From Chrysomallon squamiferum (lineage: Eukaryota > Animalia > Mollusca): a DNA stretch of 64,000 bases. The stretch covers positions 4,960,001-5,024,000 of the forward strand of contig CM022677.1 of assembly GCA_012295275.1 (NCBI GenBank). Direction: 5' to 3'. Under the pieces are notes generated by a model. That model was given only the letters and a program-made list of their open reading frames with translations, made no database searches and was not told the origin of the DNA. The position numbers and the translations under genes were made by a program. Shown here one piece after another: positions 13,050 through 27,035 of the stretch (its first letter is position 1; each line of letters starts with the position of its first letter).

Positions 13050-16000
13050 TTTTTCCAATTTTGAGCACAGGTTTGAGAATACAGAGAAACGTGTTGTGTA
13101 TAATATTACACTGAGCTGTGTACATTGTCTTTGAATCATTTCACTGCTACTGACCTGTACGTCTGTAGCAGAACAGACAACAGCTGCCAGCGCGAGATCT
13201 GAAACAGGGAAATAAGCTTGTCATCGAATACTATCAATAAACATTACTCCTGCTGTAAATGGATAAAAAAAATAAAAAAAATAAAAATAAAAGAATGAAA
13301 GATCCAGAACATAATAGAAATACTGTGCTATCAGATTTTGCTCTGAAAATTACATGTACTCAGATCCTATGTCTAAATTTCACTTTTAATCTCCACATTA
13401 TCTTTAATGTGTCAATATGCACAGCAATCAAAATTTAGTTCTACAATTTGATTTTCTAAATTTTGGTTTCAAACGTGTCAAAAAGGGCCAAAGTTTTGTT
13501 TCTAAAATAAAATAATAAGAATAATAATAATAATAATAAGGAGAAGAAGAAGAAGAAGAAGAATATAAAAAACACCTTTACATTAAAGCAATATTAACAT
13601 AAAAATTAACACTAAAATAAAAAAAATTCCCCACAAAACAAACACAATAGCAACAACAGCATGATGTTGACGATGATGATGATAATAATAAGAAGAAAGA
13701 CATACTGAAATGGATATTTGCTTGTATCAAAGTTAATAATATAAAAACTTGGAATTAAACTAAGACACTAATGAAAATATATCATATCAAGTTAAGATAA
13801 GAAGCAGCAAACTGAATCAATTATGTTAAATCTTGGTTTCCCTTGACAACAAATATAAAATGTCAGACTGAAAATGAGCATTAATAAATCGAAAAAAGGG
13901 TTTTTATGTTGTTTTGATAAAACATGGTAACTGCACATAAAACAACACAAACTAACCCATCTCATCTTATACATATATATATAATATTATAAATTATTTT
14001 AAAATTTAAGAAAATTAATATTTATTTAATTGTTTTTGCTATTGCTATTCTGATTTCAGAAAATAAAAATGATAACCAGAGCAATAAATCACAGAACACC
14101 TGGAATGTTAACAACTAATAAATTATAATAAAATAAATAAATGTTTCTCTGTTTTTAAAACACTAGAGTAAAATATTCATCATGTTTTGTTATTATTTTT
14201 AATTAATATATAAAATATAATTGTATAAAGCTTTAGCCAACTATAAGCTTGAACTGAGGAATTACATGGATACATTTTACTCATAACATGTTTTGGAAAT
14301 CAGACATCAGATTTATCATCTTCAAATTTAACATTAAATACAGATTCAGCAATTTTCTTGTTTGTTTTTTCTTCTTCTCTTTTTTCTACAAATTATTTTT
14401 TGTGATACTATAAAAAGTCTTACAATTTAGATATATTTTCTAAATTCTACTATTTTATATTAATATTTCTTTCATTACTTTTGACTCAGTCTTCACAACA
14501 CAAACTAATTTTTAAGACATGAAGTTATTATTATTTTTATATAAATGTAAGTAGTTTATTATACTTACTCAGTGTACCCCTCCAATGTGACTAGGGTCCC
14601 CCACTTCTGGTCACAATTGGTAACACTTGGTTTCATTCCATCTCCAATACAAATATTTCTTATCTGTTTAGCTTTTGTTGTCCAGGTTTAGTAGTGAAAT
14701 TTATATCAGCTACAATCTGAAAAATTACCAAAATACATAAATTATAATACTAGCCCTATACACACAAACATACAGTTATATATACCCACCCAAACACCAA
14801 CACACATCTACCTATACACACAAACATACAGTTATATATACCCACCCAAACACCAACACACATCTACCCATACACACACATATACTTAAACAATTCATTA
14901 TCAAGATAGTTTTTATCTAAGCCAGTGATGAAATACCAATATATATAGCATGAGTCAGTGTTTATGTGTGTGTGTGTGTAAAATGTATGGACATGGGTGT
15001 TTTTATATATATGTGGTGTGCACCTGTGTATATATACATGTTAACGAATATGATTAAGCTGAATATTATTGATTCATAAGGTTACTAGCATTATTTAATT
15101 ATTAAGATATTCTAACAATTTTACATTTTCTCATATAAAGACAACCACAAATAAATGTTAATTATTAAATTCACACCAAACAAATGTTGGAGTCCTTAGA
15201 ATTTACATATTTAATTGAAAACGGAAAAATATTAGAAGGACATGAAACTTTATCAGCAATGAATCAATAAAAGCAAATCAAGTTTACCTTTGGTAAACCT
15301 AAAAATAGTTGATGTGATGTTTTAATGACAGGTAATGACTTACAAGATTTATATTTTGTGTTTTTCATTTCTACAGCATTGATGAGTCACATACATCACA
15401 CTGGTGACCTCTCATGTTGTGATAGCCACACTTTGACCATTCTGAAATAATCACACTAAAACAAGTAATAATAAAATTAACTGAAATAACAATAACATAT
15501 ATAATAAGTAATAATAAAATTAACTGAAACAGTAATAAAATATGTAATTAGTAATAATAAAATTAACTGTAATAAGAATAACATACGTAATAAGTAATAA
15601 TAAAATTATGTGTAATAAGAATAACATACATTAAAAGTAATAATAAAATTAACTGTAATAAGAATAACATACGTAATAAGTAATAATAAAATTATGTGTA
15701 ATAAGAATAACATACATTAAAAGTAATAATAAAATTAACTGTAATAAGAATAACGTACATAACAAATAATAATAAATTTAACTGTAATAAAAATAGCATA
15801 TATAATAAGTAATAATAAAATTAACTGAAATAATAATAACATATATAAATAATTTTTGAAAAAACCATAAGACTAATTAATTGAATAACAAAATAATAAT
15901 ATATTATTTATAATAAAACAAACAAAACTTAGAATACAAATAGTGTAGTTCAAAAGCTAAAATAAAACAGAAATTTGCAAAGGCAGATAACACTAATACA

Positions 16001-16280
16001 TAAAATAAAATGTGTTACCTGGAGAAAACATAAGAACTGACTACACAACCAGTGATGTTGCCATGGTGATGAACACTGGTGATATATGGAAGAGCACTGG
16101 TGACCAATATATTCCTTTTGCTATGTTGTGGATAAACTAAAATAAATAAATAAATAAATAAGAAAACAGGTAAGTAACTACAGAAAATAAATAAATAAAT
16201 AAAAGGTTGTCATGTACATATACATATTGAAATGTATGGCTTGACACATATGCAAACACACAGACACACACACACACACA

Positions 16281-16364
<84 letters not shown>

Positions 16365-16716
16365 AAAAAATATTGCAACATATTTAATAAATATGTAATT
16401 TGATTTTGTAAAGTTAATTTATTAATTACTTATTTATCAGTATTATTAAAGTATTTACAGTAAGGTGATACCATTTGTTTAGTAACATTTATGTGACAAC
16501 TGATTACATATTAAAAAGATTAATCTTAAATTGTCTCACCCTTGGTTTTACACCAATCTCAGATCTCTTCTCACAGTCTGTGACTGCTTCTGTCTGTTCT
16601 ACACAGTAATAATGTTCTGAAATCATAAAAGTTAATTATAAGTATAATTTTACCTGAGTTGATCCAACATTTTCCATGACTTATCTTGCATACCAACATT
16701 CTTAAACAATCCTCTC

Positions 16717-16752
<36 letters not shown>

Positions 16753-17616
16753 GAATTATAAAAATCTAATAAACATAATATAGACAAATTTACAATAGTT
16801 GTATAGTCTGTTGTTTTCCATAATGTTTAGGTACAAAACTCTTCCCACTGTGAGTTGATTTCAGTTTCCTGGTCTCAAAACTAACAGATGTTAAACCAGG
16901 ATGAAATAACAGAGTTCTGTCATAGAAGCTGTAAATAAATTAGAATAAAAATGAATATTTAATAATATCTCTGTACTTTTTTAATGTTACTGGTTATCAT
17001 TATTTATATATGTAGAATGATTACAATTAAAGAAAACTGTTAATATCATGTGTACAAAGAGAAATTCCTCTGTGAGAGTTCTTTACTGGCAGATAAAGGA
17101 TGTTTTACATGCAGCTTCAAAAGACAGGAATGTACATAGACTACAATAATGATTATTCTAATAATACAAATAATAAGGGTGATGATGATGATGATGATGA
17201 TAATAATAATAATAATAATAAGAGTAATGATAATGATAGAAAAAAGAAGAAGATTGACAAGAATAATAAGCTAAATAATAATTTAAAAAATCTTGTGATT
17301 CTTTTGTCTGCAGTAAGTTTTCAACACTGATGTGAACCCTACAACAATTTAGTTTATAATAATACATACTGTGAAAAAACAACAACAACAACAACAAACT
17401 GAATGAAAATTCCTCTCACTCTTTAACACTCATCTGAGTCCTGGTCCATAACAAGCATACATGAACATTATTGGTTCTTCACAACTTGTTAAAAACTTAC
17501 CTTTAACGAGTTCAGCCCTTCATTAACTGTGACAAATTTAACTGCTTTGGCTACAGGTGTTTGTGTAAGAACAGAACATCCCCAAGTCATCACTGCAGGA
17601 AACAGTTTCATATCCT
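13050..17616 (-). pseudogene. MARS1: Cytosolic methionyl-tRNA synthetase unprocessed pseudogene (partial)
   Basis: Exons 17501-17616 (DMKLFPAVMTWGCSVLTQTPVAKAVKFV, end of GST-like domain), 16794-16928, 16540-16616, 16019-16136 (KRNILVTSALPYITSVHHHGNITGCVVSSYVFSR vs [33 protein letters not shown]), 15344-15441 (Zn knuckle CGYHNMRGHQCDVC/LINAVEMK, frameshifted), 14569-14716 (WTTKAKQI..GDGMKP..DQKWGTLVTLEGY), 13050-13198 (SRAG..LLSVLLQTY..FLCILKPVLKIGK); frameshifts and missing exons. Confidence 0.9.
15465..15850. repeat. AT-rich ~38-bp tandem repeat inside the MARS1 pseudogene
   Basis: Recurrent aagtaataataaaattaactgtaataagaataacatac units. Confidence 0.85.
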
Positions 17617-18559
17617 CTGTAGAGAAAAATAAATGTAAAATCAATTAAATATTTAAATACATAGTGTGTCATAAGATATTTTAATCATTATACAAGCTTA
17701 ATGGGACAAATTAATCAAAATAAAACACTTCAGATGATGTCAGTAACTGAATAAGAGAAAATATTAATATACACTTAAAAATAATAATTAAAAAAAATAA
17801 TAAGAAGAACTGTAGATGGTATCAGTAATTAATTAAAAGCAAAACAATTAATATCGATGATAATTAAAAGAAAGAAAAAAGAAAAGAAAAAATAACTACA
17901 TAAATAAATAAAAAAATTAAAACAGATCCATATGAGTCTGTTAATTAATGTTGATAATACAACATTCAATTCTTTTGAGTTTGTGTGTGTATATCTATCT
18001 GTATATTACTTCAAAGGTGGAAGTACTGATTTCGTTTGAGACAATGATATAAAAGATTATTATGCTTACATGTTATCTCAAAACACATAACAATACTACC
18101 AATAGGAGCGATTTTTAAAATAAAATTGAATATTAACAATATCTGAAAATATATGTAAATTAAGAGGTCATAATGAAGAATTTAAAATATTAGTGCATGA
18201 TTGTGGTTTCAGAAATCCAAATTAATAAATAATTTGAGAAAGAAAAATGGATGTGTGGATGCATGTATATTTACATAATGATGTCTTATATGTGTATGTG
18301 AGTTAATTAACCCTGCAGGTTTGATTATCAACAACGTATGCGATAAACAAAACAGAGCAATGTCTGCACTGACATTTCACGCTGAAAGAAATATAAATCA
18401 GATGAAATAAACAAATAACTTAATAGAGACATTTTTAAATATATGTATGTATACACATAAATAATGGCTGCATATACTGACATACATTACAAGTCTCCTG
18501 TATTTCATGACAACTGTATCATGTATGAAGCATGATGTATACAGTCCTAATGACCTCAG

Positions 18560-18645
18560 CACAATATCATAACTCCGCCCCCAAAAGGGAGGTAACTCTA
18601 TCAGCACTCTGTTTGACAAGCTTAAAACAATGGCGGCCGAATCAC
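18560..18645 (+). promoter_or_regulatory. Candidate promoter/start region of gene B
   Basis: GC box (ccgccc, ~18575) and YY1-type AANATGGCGG overlapping the ATG at 18630, in a locally CpG-richer patch. Confidence 0.4.
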
Positions 18646-19074
18646 TTACACTACACAATTCGTCTGTGAATTTCTGGATTATTTAAGAGATACTACTATA
18701 TCTTTGAAAAGCTGTCAGCTGGATTTCAGGTACTTCAGTGAAGATTACATTTGTAACATGTTTTGGAATAATGATCGCACCATTTTTACGTCAATTAAAT
18801 CGGACCGGTCGTCGAAGAAAAGCGAAAAACCTCATGGGATTCACATGTATATCATCTATATGAGCCCGACAGTGATATCTTGTGTTGATTGTTCTTGACA
18901 GCCAGGGTAAGTAAAAACATAATTATTTATTTTATTTACATTGGGATGTTTTCAAAATCGCAACCAGACATTTCAAAGTACGTGGCTGCCGAGCTTTTAC
19001 AACTAAAATTAAGTTTGATGATAAACGTTGGATGAAACTACAAGTCTGAATTATTCATTGATTACGTCTGGAAT

Positions 19075-19109
<35 letters not shown>

Positions 19110-19958
19110 CTAGAAAGGCAGAAATGATTTACTGTATTACCTATAAATACTCAATTTTTTAAATCACGTAATATAATGATGAAAATTTCTTTTCAGTTTC
19201 CCTTCCTTTTTTTATTTACTAATCTTCAATCTAGTAACTGTCAGTTTTAATTTATTTACATTTTGTTTTGTTTCTTCTTATTACTACTACTACTTTTTAG
19301 TATGAATTTGTTTTATTTATTATTATTATTATTATTATTTTCTTTTTTTTCTTTTTAAATCTTTATTATTTATTTTTCATGTTTTTCAGGCCATATTTCA
19401 TCATTGGCAGAGTTTTTCAGAAACTATATGGAGAAAATGTTCCAAATGAATTTAAAGAACCATTTTATGAAAAATCAGATGTGAGTGAAATATTTTATTA
19501 TTTTCTTTAATCTTTCAAGATTTATGTTCTAATTATTAAAGTTATTATATGCATTGTTGCTTTGTTTTAATTATCTCTAGTGTCTTAGTTTTTATAAACC
19601 TTAGAATTATTTCATCAAAAATAGAAACATTAAATTATCTGAACATTATCTATGAAGAGATTTGTGTTTGCTCTCATGACACTTTTTTCTATAGTACAGT
19701 TCAGCTAGCCATTAATGGAATAAAATTAAAAATATATTGCATGACTCTTTAAAAACAAATTACCTTATTCCTTCATAGCATCTGTTTAATACAAAAGCAA
19801 AAATACAATGCTATATATATGTTCTATAAAACATTAATTCCTTCATCTTCTCATTAATAGATTTAAATGTATATAGTAAATTATTATTACTGTTATTGTT
19901 GTGTTGTTATTGCTATTTTTGCTATTATTATTATTATTATTACAATTACTACTATTAT

Positions 19959-19998
<40 letters not shown>

Positions 19999-22980
19999 GT
20001 TGTTGTTGTTGTTGTTATATTTATTATTGTTGGTAATTTTTATCATCATCATGATTAAAATGTGTTAAAAAAGTATCATTATTTTATTATTATTGTGTAA
20101 TTTTCAGGTGAAACCTCATCTAAGCAACAGTCTGGTGTCAAGTGATGTGTAGCCTGTGTTAGAATGTTTTCTGAAACCTCTCAGCAGTGACAGGGTATGT
20201 TTGAATATGTCTGTGTGTGTGTGAATCACTAGATTGTATACTGAAATTTAGAAAATTTCTACAACCTGTGTTTGAAATGTTTATCCTCTTTGTTCAGCTT
20301 GTTATTAAAACACGAGTTAGTCAGTGATAACTTGACCTAATGAGTTTAGTGTGTGGGTGATTTCATACACAAATAAAAATAACTGAAACATTGAAAATCA
20401 TAATAAGCAAAGAAAAATCCATTTGTCTGACAAATGTAGATTGATAAAAAAAATCATCATGTTTTTGTTAAAACTGCTAAACTTTATATTTACTATTGAA
20501 GTTAAATATTTTACGTATCTCACTGCAGTATTGTTCAGGTGCTGTCTAGAAAGTGAATTTACATCATGGAGAAGGATGAATCAGCTGTTACAGAAACCAT
20601 TCTCATGTAGTCTGCACCATTCTGAGTTGTGAGTTTATTTTATTTTATTTTTCTGTTGTCAAGAGAAAAATAAGTTTTGTAATAGTTCTTAATTAATTAT
20701 AAAATAGTGTAATAATAATCAGTTATTTGCTGTTGTTTTGTTGCATTACTCGGTAACATACTTTATTAATCACAAAGTACGTCAGAAGTATTAATTATTT
20801 ATTTCTAACTGTTTGTTTATTATTGTTTTTTACTTTTTTAGGTATGCATGTACAGCTCTAATTCATGTGCTGATGTTGGCGTATGCCAGTGAATTTGTTT
20901 CAGTAGAACATGCTGTTCAAGCTGTCAGGTATGTTGTTTTTATTTCTTTATTTTATATTATCTTGTTAAATACTAAAATCTGAATCATTTTTTTAATTAA
21001 AATGAGTTTGTTTGGGTATGTTAAAGTTTATTTATTTTATTGTTGAGATGTATTTAACGCCATTCATCCTTCTACTTTGATCACTAAGAAGGAGAAGTAT
21101 TATGATGATTGCAGTTAAATATGTAAATGTATGAATGTATGAGGAGAGAGGATGAAGGATAGCAAGACAGAGAACAGAGGCAGATGGAGAATGAAATTTG
21201 GGTTTGCATATTTTGTATAATTTATCATATAATGCAATGACACCTCAGACTTTACATTCAGCATTTTGAACAAGAAATTTTTAAACTTTCAGACAAATTA
21301 CAACTTTTAACACATCCAGTGAACTTCCATCAGACACTGAGGACACAGTTATTTTCTGGTTAAATAAAGTTTGTACTTCTGCCATTGCAAAAGAGAAAAA
21401 AATCTGAGCAGGTGAATTTGAGTTTGTTTTCTTTTATATTTCTCATTATTCTAAAACTAATGAAGTTTAATTTAATTTAATATATGAAGTTGCAGTTTGT
21501 AAATAATATATCAGTAAGTACACATATACACACACACACAAACACATAGACATATACACACACCCACAGACACATGCACATACACACATGCCTATACTTA
21601 CATTGATATAAATGCAGTTATTTTGTTGTAAATGTTTATTTCTGTATTTTAAAACAAAGGAATGAGTATTTTAAAGTGTTTAACTTTCCTGTTACATAGG
21701 AGACAATGTACTGTAGTTTCTATTGTCTGCAGCCTCTCAGTTTTCATGGTTAGTTTAATAAACACAACTTTTGTAAATAAAATAATGAATCAGTTGGTAA
21801 CTTTAAAATTTAGCATACATTAAATTTATTAATGTTTATATATAGTTTAGAGAGATGTGTTGTTATTGTTTTTATTTTTATTTTATTTTTGCTTTCTCAG
21901 GAACATACCACAAAACAGACAAGTGTTGTTACCTAAACATCAGAATGGGACACACACAGACAGCAGAACAGACAGAGAGGTTTCTCAATAAACTGGTATT
22001 AAAAACACACTCATTAACTTTTCTGTTTAACAATCTACTTACATTCTTCTCAGTTTGGTATTGGTAAAATATTCTCAATACAGAGTAAGAAAAACAGACT
22101 AGTGCAAGGATAGTCTACAATAACAAGTAAATTAATTGTGGTATACTTCCATGTTTCCTTATTTTCATTTGCATTGTTTCATTTTTTGTTAGTTTATATT
22201 TGTACTAAGAGTAATGAAAACCATTTCTTGTTTTGTTTTCCACTCCCTGAATGCAGTACACTTTATTGTGCTTTTATTTGAAAGTTTAAAAATTAATTTT
22301 AACATCTCTTAGTTTTCAGTATAATTTGATGATTCGAAGAATATTTATGTTTTAGAAACTGAAAAAAAAATATAGATATATATCAGGATAAAACATTAGT
22401 CATTAATATCTGTATCTGTCAGAAAGAGAAATATTTTCTCTATCTACATATGGAAACAATGCTTGTTTTTCAGAAACTGCTTAGTACACAAGAAGAGGTA
22501 ATTCTGTGATGGTTTACATGCAGCATGGACAGAAACAACAGGTAAACGGCAGAGTGCTGTTGAAGTCTGTGTTCTTGTGAAAATAAGCTGATGTTTGTTT
22601 AAACACTTCATTTGTTATGTTGTCAAATGAAAGCACTTGGCAGATGACTGAGAGGACAGTGCATGACAGTGGCAAACAGCAGCCAGGAAGTTGAAGAGCA
22701 GGTGACGTCTGAAACTGAAGCTGGACGAGAAGAGAAAGAAAACAGCAGAACAAGATGAGACAGAAACTTGGGAAGGCAGTGTTCATGAGAGTGATGTCTC
22801 GCCACACTGACGATACGAAGGACTGAGCTAGTCCTTTACCTGACTCATACAGCAGAGTGGGACAATGCAGTATCAGAGACTGTAACAGTTGCTGTCTTCT
22901 CGCAGTGCTGCAGTCAGGAATTGTTTTCCCAATCTACACATCAAACTATGACATAGGAAATATGAGGTGTTAATGTTCAG
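18630..22980 (+). pseudogene. Unidentified decayed multi-exon gene (gene B); weak MCM-family/MCMDC2-like resemblance
   Basis: GT-AG exons 18630-18906, 19390-19480 (PYFIIGRVFQKLYGENVPNEFKEPFYEKSD), 20108-20194, 20539-20628, 20842-20928 (YACTALIHVLMLAYASEFVSVEHAVQAV), 21700-21748, 21901-21994, 22474-~22980; frameshift soon after the ATG and several in-frame stops. Confidence 0.65.
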
Positions 22981-24133
22981 AAAATACGTTTTGGTTCACC
23001 CAGTACATCAGTGTGTGTCTCTTAGGCTGATGTTTTCACTTCTAGTTTGACAGTGTAAAGAAAAATTCCTGACAGACTGAGTAAATGTTTATATCTCTTA
23101 CTGAGTAGATAAAATGGGTGAAATCTGTTTTGATTTTCAATTTTTAAAATACAAATAAATAAATGTATGTAATCAAATTTTATTTACTTTTCTTAAAATA
23201 AACAGTCTAAACTAGTCTGTGTTTTCTCTCTGTGTTAGATATTTCATGCACTCAACCTCAATGAGAAAATTCAAATAATTTTGTACAGCTACTAATATAT
23301 AAAAATTTGTAATGTTATAAAGTTTAGGTTAATGTGCCAAAACTATGTAAATAAAAATATTCCTCATGTTAGGATGTTTGATAATGTTAGCTAAAAATAT
23401 TAAATTAAAAACAGAATACAAAATAATTCAAAATGTTTATTTCAACAAGAAAACAAATTAATATCAGGACTACTTTTTCATACAAAAAACTTAATTTTAG
23501 AAAAATGTCATATAATTCCTTACATACAAATTTAGAAAAGCATTTTATAAAATACTGAACTTTTAAATAAAAATGTTTTAAAATGTTTATAAGGTTTTTA
23601 AGATGAGAGCAAAGGGTGCTGTAAAATATAAAAATACCAAGATTTCTGATCTATCCAACAAAAGTAAAATAATAAAATATACAAAATGAAATAACTAAGA
23701 TATTTGTTTACAAAAATCTTAAAAGCTCAATAAATAATTTGTAATCTGAAAATAATTTTTTCAGAAAATTTCTAATTTCTGATTTTATCTTCAGAAACAC
23801 ACAAAATTATTTATTTCCATTTGATGTTTTATTAAGATACCTTTATTGGGTAAATCTTTACCAGAAGTCTAAGTGTTCTTTGTTATTTTATATTTGATAT
23901 AGATAATTTAGTAGGTTTTGTTTAAAAACAAAATAAGAAAAACAAAAAAATAAAACAGAAAAACGAAATTATCTCCCCTGGACCAAACAGCTTTATATAA
24001 AATGTGTACTTTTTTTTCAAAGCAGTAATCAAGAATTTCTAACATAAATCATTTTAAAAAAATTAAAGTCTCTGAACTTGCTGCTGTGTCTGGTCCAAAC
24101 ATTATGTATATAGGTCTGTATGTAATGATATCA

Positions 24134-24333
24134 NNNNNNNNNNNNNNNNNNNNNNNNNNNNNNNNNNNNNNNNNNNNNNNNNNNNNNNNNNNNNNNNNNN
24201 NNNNNNNNNNNNNNNNNNNNNNNNNNNNNNNNNNNNNNNNNNNNNNNNNNNNNNNNNNNNNNNNNNNNNNNNNNNNNNNNNNNNNNNNNNNNNNNNNNNN
24301 NNNNNNNNNNNNNNNNNNNNNNNNNNNNNNNNN
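24134..24333. other. Assembly gap (200 N)
   Basis: Run of exactly 200 N, a placeholder scaffold gap. Confidence 1.
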
Positions 24334-25593
24334 TTTGTCAAGCTGTACATTAACTTATCAGTCTTCCATTAGATCAATAATTATTATTATATTGTAGTAA
24401 AATTATGCAAAATGAAAACCCACTTGAAAAAATATTCTTGTGACTAGTGGATTGGTGAAAAAATATAACTTTATGTAGGATAAACTGAATACATCATGTC
24501 AAAAAATAAAAAAAAAAAAAAAAAAAAAAACGACGAGATAGGAAAAATATTTTTAGGATTTCCAGAGATTAAAAGCCATGAATAGAATTAAAAACATGAC
24601 TACACATATTCATCTAAAGAAATTCAAGTGGGATTCTGAGGTCTCAAATGAACAGTAAACAAGAAGTAAGGCTGCTACATCATAACTAATGTAACTAATA
24701 TTATAAAATTACTAACAAAAATATATTTGTTCACTTACAGAGACCATACAGAAATGTATCAATGAAGTTTTGATAATGTCCTTTTTCTTTCACATTTCAT
24801 TTTGTGCCTTCTCTACCTAAATGCATTCTTTTTTGTTGACAGCTTTCAAATGATAGTCTTCAATCCATAAAATAACTAGCAAAAGAAAAATATTTCTTAA
24901 TGTAAGTATAACTGGTTATAAAGAAATTACAACAAATAATTCTAAAATTAAAATATAAATAAATTAAAAGCATTTTCTCCATCTTCTTTGAAATATATTA
25001 TAAAAATATGAACTGCATGGTACAAATCCTTTTTTATATATTACTGACTTATTTCAATTACCCAGTAATTATTGTTTGTTGTTTTAATTTTATTTATTTT
25101 TTGTTGCTTTTTTAATGTTTATACAATAGCATTATAATAAACATTAAAGGTCTGATTTTATTGCGAAAACACTGTGAACATTCAGAAATGTAGACTGGGG
25201 TTCCGTGTTAGCGGTTTTTTTATAAACAACAGTAGAATTATATGTGAAATCCAAAATGAATTTTCTAGTATTAATAATAATAAAAATAATAATAATGTTT
25301 TTCATACGCATCGTTTCATTATTCAACACTTTATACCAGTTAATGAAAAATTAAGCTTATTATTTATTTATTTATTTATTTATTATGAAATGAAATGATC
25401 TATTATTGCTAATTATTTACGACATAAAACACGTGAGATAAATAGCGATGACGGTACTGAAGTTGCGTCTGTCAAATTCTCCTTCTTAGCTTTTCAGTGA
25501 AACACGTTCTGTTAATAAAATGTCACATTAGTATGGAAGCGTTCTCGTCATTTTGGATTTCAGATGTCATATCAGAAGAGTGTTCTTGCAGTA

Positions 25594-27035
25594 AAATCAC
25601 ACCTGTGATGTTTATATAATGCTATTGTATAAACATAAACAAAATAAATAACAATAATAATATAAAGAATATAATACTTTTATCAAGAGTTGACACTTGG
25701 CTTTTATTGTACTGGAAATAATTTAGAAACTGAGAAATACAGCGAATTAGACCACACACTGTGTTTTAATTACAGCTTTCTGGTAATTAATATTTAACCA
25801 GTTTATTTTAAGAAATGTGAGACTTGCTCCTCGTATACAACGGCGAGTGTATAAACAAATAAGATTTCAGTTTTATACGAATAAACTGAGGTTCAGACAA
25901 AAACAACATGTTATAGTATAAAGAATACTGCTATTTACACTGTTTATGTTTATTAAATAAATAAATAAATAAATAATTTAATTTAATTTTAATAATGACC
26001 GCACAATTTAAATAGTGGATGTTGGATAATAATATTATATCAGACATAGCATTATATATGTAGATGAGAAAGCGCCAGTTTAATCTGATATTTATAAAGC
26101 TTCAAATAAGATTTTTAATGATAATTAAAGAAGAAAAAAATTTACTTCATAGTATGATATGCTTTAACAGGATGAAATAGATGATATATTTCGTGTAGCT
26201 AACTGAAAATACCTTCATATCTAATAAAACACTAGCTGAGGAGGGTAGGCATGTTGTCTATGATGTAAGTTACAAAGTATAATAAACTATATAAGATTTC
26301 TCTTAGTAGAATAAAATGTAAGTGAAATTATCAGTATTTTATATGATGCAAATTAGAGGAAAACATAATAAAACATCACGTTATTTTCACTCAGTATCAA
26401 TTTATGATATAAACGTCGCTGGTTTTATATATAAAACGTGAATTACGTCGCGTTTTACAAAACAGAAAACTTCGCTTATCTCTGTGAATTTTAATTTTAA
26501 TGTCGTTTGCTTTGCAAAATCAAATTTTGTGATTCAAGTAAAGTGTAACTTGTCACGTATTCAGTATTAGTGTTGATTTTTTTGGGGGGTTGTTGAGATG
26601 AAACTTTAACTCAGTTTAAGAGAAAAATATTGTCACAATAGAGTGGCTTCCCCTGTATATCTAGTAATTAAAATATTTATTTCTGAATTTACAAGTCGAG
26701 CGCTGAATGCCACTTTAAAATTAACAGATCCAGATTAAAGTGATTAACAGCAGTACAGATTTCACTAAAAAGCTCTCTTTGGTGCTGAAAACTGAGCTTT
26801 TACTTTATAAGAATCCATTCACTTTTGTTGATAAGTTTATAATGAGTTGATAACAAATCACACCTGTAATGTTTACTATAGTGCTTATATATAAACATAA
26901 AAAAAAAACACTAAATAAATAAAAATAAACAACAATAGTAATATAAATAATATTTTAATCTTTATGCTTAGAGTTGACACTTGGCTTTTATTGAACTGGA
27001 AATAATTTAGAAACCGAGAAATATAGCGAATTAGA
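25594..27035 (+). repeat. Diverged direct repeat pair (25594-25751 and 26855-27035)
   Basis: Both begin aaatcacacctgt and share agagttgacacttggcttttattg(t/a)actggaaataatttagaaac(t/c)gagaaata(c/t)agcgaattaga. Confidence 0.85.

Noticed and set aside
24086-24397. ORFs containing X runs
   Set aside because: Artefact of the N gap
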